DNA from: Desulfotalea psychrophila LSv54
Lineage (GTDB): Bacteria; Desulfobacterota; Desulfobulbia; Desulfobulbales; Desulfocapsaceae
DNA length: 32,000 nucleotides
NCBI RefSeq assembly: GCF_000025945.1
Contig: NC_006138.1
Location: 2,730,001 to 2,762,000 of the forward strand
Direction of reading: 5' to 3'
This document shows positions 25,602 through 32,000 of the stretch, in pieces. The notes beneath the pieces were generated by a model. That model was given only the letters and a program-made list of their open reading frames with translations, did not search any database and was not told where the DNA came from. Made by a program: the position numbers and the translations under genes. Position 1 is the stretch's first letter. The number at the start of each line of letters is the position of its first letter.

Positions 25602-26642
25602 ATGAAAAAAAAGCTTCTTACAATGGCACTTTGTCTTGGTCTCGCTCCTCTCCTCTCCCAATGCGCATCTCAGGAGGAAGTACAGACTCTTCATTATCAA
25701 CTACGGGTTATGAATCAAAAGATTGAAAATATTAAGACGGAAAGCCAAAGACTAACCCAGAAAAACCAAGCTGCATCCAACTCACAGCTCGAACAACTTG
25801 ATCAAGAGATCATGATGCTGAAGAACCAGCTTAAGGCAACAAACGAGATTAATAATCGTTTAAAGCAACAAAACAAAGACTTTGAAAAAAACTTCTCCGC
25901 CCTTACCCGCCAAGAGGCAAAAAAACGGGAAAAGGCCATAGGGCAACTACGCCAGGATCAAGAGGTAAAAGAAAAACAGCTTGATTTCCTGAAGAAAAAA
26001 ATTGCCGAGCAGCAGGACAATGTTCACGCCATCCAACAGGCCAGATTACGAGATGCGAAACGCAAAGCGGCAAATGCCAAGAATAAGGCAGACATTCGCA
26101 GAGAGCAAAGAAAAAACATTGCCCAGACTGGCAAAAGTGGCTACATAAAGGCGGAAACCAAAAAGGTTATGAAACCGGTCAAGGACAGTAGCTTTGCCTT
26201 AAGGGAGCCTAGCAAGAGACAACAAAAGGTCACCTCTCAGCAAAAAACAGTAGCCCCGGATAAGGTCATCGCCCCAACCGGTGCAATTTTAATTGCCAAG
26301 GCAAACACTATTTTTAAAGAGAATAGACTGGCAGATGCCTACACAATGTTTGAGGAGATATCCCAGAGTAACTACGATAGCAAGATCACTGCCGAAGCTC
26401 TCTATATGATGGGAGAGTGTCGTTTTTATCAAAAAGATTATGAAGACGCCGTTGTTCGTTATCAGGACTTGATCCGCCAATACCCGGACACGCCCCTCAG
26501 TGCCTCCAGCCTGTTAAGACAGGGAAATTCCTTTGCCAAATCTTTGGACAAGGAAACGTCGAAAATGATTTATAAAAAAGTCATCGAAAAATATCCTGAT
26601 TCTTCCCAGGCAATAGCTGCTACAAAAGAACTTAACAAATAG
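25602..26642 (+). CDS. cpoB: CpoB/YbgF-like lipoprotein: coiled coil plus TPR domain
   Basis: Lipobox LSQC, long coiled coil, C-terminal LYMMGECRFYQKDYEDAVVRYQDLIRQYPDTPLSASSLLRQGNSFAKSLDKETSKMIYKKVIEKYPDSSQA. Follows tolB. Confidence 0.85.
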   Translation: MKKKLLTMALCLGLAPLLSQCASQEEVQTLHYQLRVMNQKIENIKTESQRLTQKNQAASNSQLEQLDQEIMMLKNQLKATNEINNRLKQQNKDFEKNFSALTRQEAKKREKAIGQLRQDQEVKEKQLDFLKKKIAEQQDNVHAIQQARLRDAKRKAANAKNKADIRREQRKNIAQTGKSGYIKAETKKVMKPVKDSSFALREPSKRQQKVTSQQKTVAPDKVIAPTGAILIAKANTIFKENRLADAYTMFEEISQSNYDSKITAEALYMMGECRFYQKDYEDAVVRYQDLIRQYPDTPLSASSLLRQGNSFAKSLDKETSKMIYKKVIEKYPDSSQAIAATKELNK

Positions 26643-26651
26643 AATAGATTT

Positions 26652-27380
26652 ATGAAAAAGATTCGCCTCGACCAACTTTTGCTCGAACTCAACCTTGCCC
26701 CGTCTCTTGAAAAGGCCCGGGCCTATATTGGTGCAGGCCAGGTACTGGTCAATGACGAACCCGCAGATAAGGCAGGAATGACCTATCCCTGTCAGAGCGC
26801 TGTTCGTCTTCGCAAAAAATGTCCCTATGTTTCCCGTGGGGGGTTTAAACTTGAGCAGGCCCTCAACTATTTCAGTATTGACCTTGCAGGAAAGGTCTGT
26901 GCTGATATTGGTGCATCCTCGGGAGGATTTACCGATTGTCTCCTCCAACACGATGTGGGCAAGGTCTTTGCCGTTGACGTTGCCTACGGCCAACTTGACT
27001 GGAAGATTCGCCAAGACGACCGAGTCGTGGTTCTGGAACGATTTAATGCCAGAAACCTCCTGCCCGAGAGTCTGGGAGAAGAGATCAACCTGGCTGTGAT
27101 GGATACCTCTTTTATCTCCATCACCAAACTCATCCCAGCCCTCCTGCCCCTCTTTGCTAAGGGATGCGTTGATATCATTGCCCTCATTAAACCTCAGTTT
27201 GAGCTGCCAAAGGGTCTCATTGGCAATGGGGTGGTAAGAGATCCTGCCCTCCATCAACAGGCCATCGACAAGATAAAAGATTTTGTGGCCGAGCTCGGCC
27301 TGCAAACTGCCGGCATTACCCCCTCCCCCATACTGGGGCCCAAGGGGAATAGAGAATTTCTCCTGCGCATTCTTTCATAA
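26652..27380 (+). CDS. tlyA: TlyA family rRNA (cytidine-2'-O)-methyltransferase (S4 plus FtsJ-like)
   Basis: MKKIRLDQLLLELNLAPSLEKARAYIGAGQVLVNDEPADKAG...YVSRGGFKLEQAL...VCADIGASSGGFTDCLLQHDVGKVFAVDVAYGQLDWKIRQDDRVV...IKPQFELPKG. Confidence 0.95.
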   Translation: MKKIRLDQLLLELNLAPSLEKARAYIGAGQVLVNDEPADKAGMTYPCQSAVRLRKKCPYVSRGGFKLEQALNYFSIDLAGKVCADIGASSGGFTDCLLQHDVGKVFAVDVAYGQLDWKIRQDDRVVVLERFNARNLLPESLGEEINLAVMDTSFISITKLIPALLPLFAKGCVDIIALIKPQFELPKGLIGNGVVRDPALHQQAIDKIKDFVAELGLQTAGITPSPILGPKGNREFLLRILS

Positions 27381-27452
27381 CCGACTAGCGAGGAGAGGAG
27401 ACACCGCCAAGGTATCCCTCTCCTCCCTTGCCTCCCACCTGATGAGCTGCCA

Positions 27453-28691
27453 ATGGATATTCAAATGCAAAGAACAAGTCACACCACCCCCGGGCCGGAG
27501 CTTGCCAATCGCCTGCAACGATTCCAAAAGAATCTACAAGAGATGCTCCCCCAGACCGAGGGTATGTTGGTCTTTTCCCGACTCAATATTTTTTATTATA
27601 CAGGTTCCTTTATCAACGGCGTCCTGTGGCTTCCTGTAGAGGGAGAGCCCATTCTCTTTTGTAAGCGTGGTCTGGAAAGGGCTCGGCAGGAATCTCCTCT
27701 GAAACAGATCCTGGCCATAAACAGCTATGGGGATATTGCCACCACCCTCAGGGATCTGGGTATCTGCCTCGCCCCTGAAATTGCCGCAGAGAAAAATGCC
27801 CTCTCCTGGAATTTGGCCCTCAGCCTGAAAAAACATTTTAGCGGTCACTCCTTTGTTACCGGTGATATGATCCTTATGCTGACCCGCTCAATTAAATCAG
27901 GATGGGAGCTTGCTATTCTTAAGGAGACAGGGGCGCGACATAACGATTGCCTGACCAATCTCCTTCCGCCTCTCTTGCAAAGTGGACTGAGTGAGTTTGA
28001 GATTGGTCGCATTGCCTCCGATATCTTTTTCTCCCGTGGCCATCAGGGCATCCTTCGCATGGAAAAATTTGGCGAAGAGATCTTCTTTGGCCATATTGCC
28101 GCAGGTAACAGTGCCAATTACCCCAGTGTCTACAATGGTCCCGTGGGCCTGACCGGCATACATCCGGCCACCCCCTTTATGGGATCTGCCGATATCCACT
28201 GGCAAAAGGGCAGTCCGCTCACCATTGACAATGGCTTCTGCCTGAACGGTTACCAGACAGACAAGACGCAGGTATACTGGTCCGGGGAGAGAAAAAGCAT
28301 CCCTGAGTCCGTACAGAGGGCCCATGATTTCTGCATCCATATCCAAGAGCTGATCAGAGACAATCTCCGCCCCGGCATCATCCCCCAGGAACTCTGGCAA
28401 AAATGCATGACAGAGGTGAAGAAGAGCCCATGGCAGGAAGGCTTCATGGCCCTTGGCAGCAACAAGGTCTCCTTTATTGGCCATGGTATAGGTCTTGCCA
28501 TCGATGAGTATCCAGTCATTGCCAAGGGCTTCGCCCGGCCCTTTGAAGAGGGCATGCTGATGGCAGTGGAGCCCAAGATAGGGATTGCCGAAGTCGGGAT
28601 GGTGGGAGTTGAAAACACCTTTATGGTCGGGCCAGCAGGCGGCAGATCCATAACAGGAACAGACAATGACATTATCTGTATAGAGAAGTAG
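27453..28691 (+). CDS. M24 family peptidase (Xaa-Pro aminopeptidase-like)
   Basis: RLQRFQKNLQEMLPQTEGMLVFSRLNIFYYTGSF...DIHWQKGSPLTIDNGFCLNGYQTDKTQVYW...KVSFIGHGIGLAIDEYPVIAKGFARPFEEGMLMAVEPKIGIAEVGMVGVENTFMV. Confidence 0.92.
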   Translation: MDIQMQRTSHTTPGPELANRLQRFQKNLQEMLPQTEGMLVFSRLNIFYYTGSFINGVLWLPVEGEPILFCKRGLERARQESPLKQILAINSYGDIATTLRDLGICLAPEIAAEKNALSWNLALSLKKHFSGHSFVTGDMILMLTRSIKSGWELAILKETGARHNDCLTNLLPPLLQSGLSEFEIGRIASDIFFSRGHQGILRMEKFGEEIFFGHIAAGNSANYPSVYNGPVGLTGIHPATPFMGSADIHWQKGSPLTIDNGFCLNGYQTDKTQVYWSGERKSIPESVQRAHDFCIHIQELIRDNLRPGIIPQELWQKCMTEVKKSPWQEGFMALGSNKVSFIGHGIGLAIDEYPVIAKGFARPFEEGMLMAVEPKIGIAEVGMVGVENTFMVGPAGGRSITGTDNDIICIEK

Positions 28692-28765
28692 TCCGCCACG
28701 GCGCCAATGGTATGCCGGAATTGTGCAGCACTTAACATTTTAGAGAAAATCGACAGGGAAGAGAT

Positions 28766-30208
28766 ATGGGCATAGACATTGGACATTTTTTAACAGAGGT
28801 AAAAAAGGCCACAAGAGGGCAGGCTCTGCCGGTAGTGGATCTTATTGCCGTACAGACAGAGGATCCCTTTAAGGTACTGGTGGCAACAATTCTCTCGGCC
28901 CGCACCAAGGACGAAACCACGGCGGCGTCCTCCAAGAGACTCTTTGCCCGAGCGCAAACCGCAGAGGAACTGACAGAGCTGAGCGAAGAAGAGCTACAAA
29001 AGCTTATCTACCCCGTAGGTTTTTATAAGAACAAGGCCGGTTATCTGAAAAAACTCCCTGAAGCCCTGAAGGAATTTAAGGGTGTCGTACCCGAGACAAT
29101 GACAGAGCTACTGCGCCTGCCCGGAGTCGGGAGAAAGACGGCAAACCTGGTCCTCAGTATCGCCTTTAAAAAGCCCGCCATCTGTGTCGACACCCACGTT
29201 CACCGAATCATGAACATCTGGGGCTATGTGGAAACTGCGACCCCCCTGAAAACAGAGATGGCCCTGCGAGAAAAACTGCCCGAGGAGTTCTGGATTCCGG
29301 TGAACTCCCTATTGGTCTCCCTCGGCCAATCTATCTGCCGACCAGTCTCACCACGTTGCAGTGAGTGCCCTCTGGAAAAGGAATGTCCACAACTAGGGAT
29401 AACCCCACGTAAAGCCACCCTTAAGGCGAAAAAAAACACCCCAAGCTATCGCTATATATCCTGGAACGTCAACGGCATCCGGGCGGTTGAGAAGAAGGGT
29501 TTTATCGATATTGTCCAAGAACTGAATCCCGATGTCATTGGCCTGCAGGAGACCAAGGCCCAGCCAGAACAGCTCTCGGAGAGCCTAAAAAACATCCCCG
29601 GCTATACCTCATACTGGTACAGCGCCCAGCGCAAAGGATATTCAGGGGTGGCCTTCTACAGTAAGCATGAACCCCTGCAGGTAATATACGGTATTGGCGC
29701 AGAAGAGTTTGACTGCGAGGGACGAGTTATCACCCTGGAATTTGCCGATCACTATCTGGCCACCATCTACTTCCCCAACAGTGCCGACCAACTGAAGCGA
29801 CTCGACTATAAGCTACGCTTTAACAGGGCCCTGTTGGCCTTCTTCCAGAAATTAGAGAAGGAGAAGGCGGTTATTCTCTGTGGCGATTTTAATGTTGCCC
29901 ACAAAGAGATTGATCTGAAAAACCCCAAGAGCAATGTGAAGAATGCTGGCTTTACCCCGGAAGAACGGGCCTGGATGGATGAGTTTTTAGAGGCAGGCTA
30001 TACAGACACCTTTCGCCTCTTTAACCAGGACCCTGAAAACTATAGCTGGTGGAGTTATCGATTTAGTGCCAGAAGCAAGAATATAGGCTGGCGTATCGAC
30101 TATTTCTGTGTCTCTGAAAATGGCCAAAAACGAATTGTTAATGCAGAGATCCTCCCCGAGGTCATGGGCTCTGACCACTGCCCCGTCCTCCTCGATTTTA
30201 AGCAGTAG
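28766..30208 (+). CDS. Bifunctional fusion: endonuclease III (HhH-GPD, 4Fe-4S) plus exodeoxyribonuclease III / AP endonuclease
   Basis: N-terminal half has LLRLPGVGRKTANLVLSIAFKKPAICVDTHVHRI and the C-X6-C-X2-C-X5-C cluster (CRPVSPRCSECPLEKEC). C-terminal half has ISWNVNGIRAVEKKGF, IGLQETKAQ, GYSGVAFYSK, CGDFNVAHKEIDLKNPKSN, WRIDYFCVS, MGSDHCPVLLDF. Confidence 0.95.
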   Translation: MGIDIGHFLTEVKKATRGQALPVVDLIAVQTEDPFKVLVATILSARTKDETTAASSKRLFARAQTAEELTELSEEELQKLIYPVGFYKNKAGYLKKLPEALKEFKGVVPETMTELLRLPGVGRKTANLVLSIAFKKPAICVDTHVHRIMNIWGYVETATPLKTEMALREKLPEEFWIPVNSLLVSLGQSICRPVSPRCSECPLEKECPQLGITPRKATLKAKKNTPSYRYISWNVNGIRAVEKKGFIDIVQELNPDVIGLQETKAQPEQLSESLKNIPGYTSYWYSAQRKGYSGVAFYSKHEPLQVIYGIGAEEFDCEGRVITLEFADHYLATIYFPNSADQLKRLDYKLRFNRALLAFFQKLEKEKAVILCGDFNVAHKEIDLKNPKSNVKNAGFTPEERAWMDEFLEAGYTDTFRLFNQDPENYSWWSYRFSARSKNIGWRIDYFCVSENGQKRIVNAEILPEVMGSDHCPVLLDFKQ

Positions 30209-30214
30209 GGTCAT

Positions 30215-30345
30215 GCAGGCGGGCAAGCACCTGCTCTTTCAGCTGTGGGGGAAAGCAAGTGTCCCAACAGCTGTACTATGGCCTGTTTATCGAGATAGAG
30301 AGCCCCTCTGGGTAACAGAGAGAAGGTGCAGAGATAGCTGTTGGG
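30215..30345. other. Cluster of inverted repeats with mutually exclusive pairings
   Basis: GCAGG/CCTGC at 30215/30230. AGCTGTGGG (30241-30249), CCCAACAGCT (30263-30272) and AGCTGTTGGG (30336-30345): the middle element can pair with either flank. Confidence 0.4.
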
Positions 30346-30704
30346 CCCCTAAAATTGACGAGACATACTTAAAAGCGGCATAAGTGACCTTTACACTCAA
30401 CAAGGGTTCCTACCGTTTCGTCTCATCTCTTAATAAAAACTCTGCGAAGAGTATCCAAACAGGATGAACTCTTTTTTCGTGCACCCGTAACACCTTTTCG
30501 CTTTTTCCAAGCTATTTTAGCAATTTGCATAGGACTAATATCAACTTTCGGTAAAAAACCATCAAGAGCACATAAACCACGATAACACTCCTCAAATAGG
30601 ATACATGACCAGTGGTGAAATTCTCTTTTTTGCAAAATATTGCAGCTGACATCGTCTTTACAGTATACGAGTTAAGCTGCTTATGATTTAAGGGAGAAAA
30701 AAAG

Positions 30705-32000
30705 ATGAATAAACAAAAAGAATCCAGCACCAGGTCACAAAACAATAAAGCACCAGTAAAAAGAAAAACACACAGAAGAAAATCGCGTTCATCACGTCAC
30801 AAAAGCCCATTTTTTTTATTTTTGACCCTGTTAATAGCTTTTGCAGGCATATCAACCGCTGTTTTTTTTATACGCCCTATAGATCTTTTTAGCCGATATA
30901 TTGCACTCACTGACACGATAGAAATGGTTTTGACAGAAAAGTATAACATTCTGCAAACAAATGGTTTTTTAGCAAATACAGGAGATGATCTCAATGCAAA
31001 AAACTTTTTACATCGTTTACAAGAAAGGGGTTATACCAGGGTCAATCATCACCCAAAAATGGCTGGCACGTTTAACATTGAGGGAAATATTCTTTACCTC
31101 TACACCCATGCCAACCAAGGCCTAAGCTCTGGAAAACGCTATAAGTTCACTCTGCAAAAGTCCATACTTACATCTATCTCTTCAGCTGCTGACAGTACCC
31201 TTCTTGAATCCCTAGCCTTCCCCCCTTTAAATTTAACATACTTTATAGATTCGGTGTGGGAGATCAGAACCCCAGTCTCATATGATGAAATTCCAGAAGA
31301 TCTGATCAATGCAGTCATCGCCACAGAAGATCAGAGCTTCTTCTCTCACTATGGTGTGGACGTAAAAGGTATTATAAGAGCCACTCTATCAAATCTGCAA
31401 GCTGGCAGAGTTGTTCAAGGTGGGAGCACCATTACCCAGCAACTCGTCAAGGTGCTCAGTAAAAATGATGAACGAAGCCTGTCACGTAAGCTTCGTGAAG
31501 CCATTCTTGCCCTTATGGTTGATTATCAATATTCTAAACAAGAAATCCTCACTGCATATTTAAATAATGTCTATCTGGGGCATGCCTCACCATTCGAACT
31601 CCGTGGTATTGCAGCAGCTTCTGACTATATTCTTGGTAAGGATCTTAAAAATCTCAACCTCAAAGAATGTGCTATCATAGCGGGATTAATACGTTCACCA
31701 AATTCAGCATCCCCATTGCGTAACCACAGCTTTGCCGCCCAACGAACTCAGACTGTCTTAAACCAGATGGCAAATATGGGAGACAGTCTTGCTGCTGAAA
31801 CCCAAGTGAAAGACAAACTTATTCGTATTAAACATAAAAGCATTCTGCATAAAATGAGTTGGTATTTTGACCAGATTGCTAAAGAAATAAAATTACGAAA
31901 ACTTGATACCAGCGACCATACCAGACACCTTACAATCCAGACACCGCTTGATCCCTGGATGCAGATCAGTGCCACCAAAGTGCTCAAACAACAACTGAAC
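30705..32000 (+). CDS. Bifunctional penicillin-binding protein, PBP1B-like (partial, runs off the window)
   Basis: ATG at 30705 with GGGAG RBS. One TM, then UB2H-like FLHRLQERGYTRVNHHPKMAGTFNIEGNILYLYTH, then GT51 motifs IATEDQSFFSHYGVDVKGIIRA, GGSTITQQLVK, LNNVYLG. Confidence 0.92.
   Translation, partial: MNKQKESSTRSQNNKAPVKRKTHRRKSRSSRHKSPFFLFLTLLIAFAGISTAVFFIRPIDLFSRYIALTDTIEMVLTEKYNILQTNGFLANTGDDLNAKNFLHRLQERGYTRVNHHPKMAGTFNIEGNILYLYTHANQGLSSGKRYKFTLQKSILTSISSAADSTLLESLAFPPLNLTYFIDSVWEIRTPVSYDEIPEDLINAVIATEDQSFFSHYGVDVKGIIRATLSNLQAGRVVQGGSTITQQLVKVLSKNDERSLSRKLREAILALMVDYQYSKQEILTAYLNNVYLGHASPFELRGIAAASDYILGKDLKNLNLKECAIIAGLIRSPNSASPLRNHSFAAQRTQTVLNQMANMGDSLAAETQVKDKLIRIKHKSILHKMSWYFDQIAKEIKLRKLDTSDHTRHLTIQTPLDPWMQISATKVLKQQLN

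Noticed and set aside
26514-27305. 263-aa minus-strand ORF covering tlyA.
   Set aside because: It is the shadow of the conserved tlyA coding sequence. Long antisense ORFs are expected from codon bias here.
27897-28786. 195-aa and 178-aa minus-strand ORFs in the M24 peptidase gene.
   Set aside because: Both are antisense to conserved catalytic motifs (GHGIGLAIDEYP, EPKIG) with no protein-like features.
30108-30383. 91-aa plus-strand ORF overlapping the end of the nth-xth fusion.
   Set aside because: The first third is an out-of-frame reading of the ExoIII C-terminus. The remainder covers the inverted-repeat region and is not protein-like.
30423-30745. Minus-strand ORFs of 70 and 77 aa upstream of the PBP gene.
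   Set aside because: They have atypical composition, no RBS and no family match; treated as non-coding leader.
1-32000. Search for tRNAs, rRNAs, CRISPR arrays, insertion sequences, phage genes and defence systems.
   Set aside because: By eye I found no regularly spaced direct repeats, transposase or integrase motifs, GGTTCGAATCC-like T-arms or rRNA-like tracts. A dedicated scan (tRNAscan-SE, Infernal, DefenseFinder) would be needed to exclude weak cases.

Overview
This 32 kb window looks like ordinary, gene-dense chromosome. Its protein content resembles a Desulfobulbales / Desulfotalea-like deltaproteobacterium, but that is my impression and not a database result. I saw no tRNA, rRNA, CRISPR array or mobile element. 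In order it encodes: a hybrid sensor histidine kinase with a periplasmic CxxCH motif (-); a retropepsin-like/RimK ATP-grasp fusion (+); a YpsA/SLOG-type putative molybdenum-carrier protein (-); a 37-codon hydrophobic mini-ORF with a strong terminator (+); a YhcH/YiaL family protein (-); a MogA/MoaB-type protein (-); an EF-G-like GTPase with a degenerate G3 motif (-); MurJ (+); a phasin-like coiled coil (-); a tRNA-dihydrouridine synthase (-); a HEAT / cyclic-nucleotide-binding / PilZ-like protein (-); an SH3-anchor protein (+); a six-gene operon of ketosynthase, ACP, two CrtI/CrtISO-like FAD oxidoreductases, ketoreductase and FabZ-like dehydratase (16.09-21.87 kb); a Tol operon (tolQ, a frameshifted tolR, tolA, tolB, cpoB-like) with no adjacent pal; tlyA; an M24 peptidase; an endonuclease III-exonuclease III fusion; and the start of a PBP1B-like gene. 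The best candidate for an under-described system is the 16.1-21.9 kb operon. It encodes a dissociated type II fatty-acid/polyketide-like elongation module with two carotenoid-desaturase-family enzymes and no carotenoid genes or enoyl reductase nearby. Secondary points are the nth-xth fusion, the +1 frameshift in tolR, the orphan leader-like mini-ORF, and a competing-stem inverted-repeat region near 30.2-30.35 kb.
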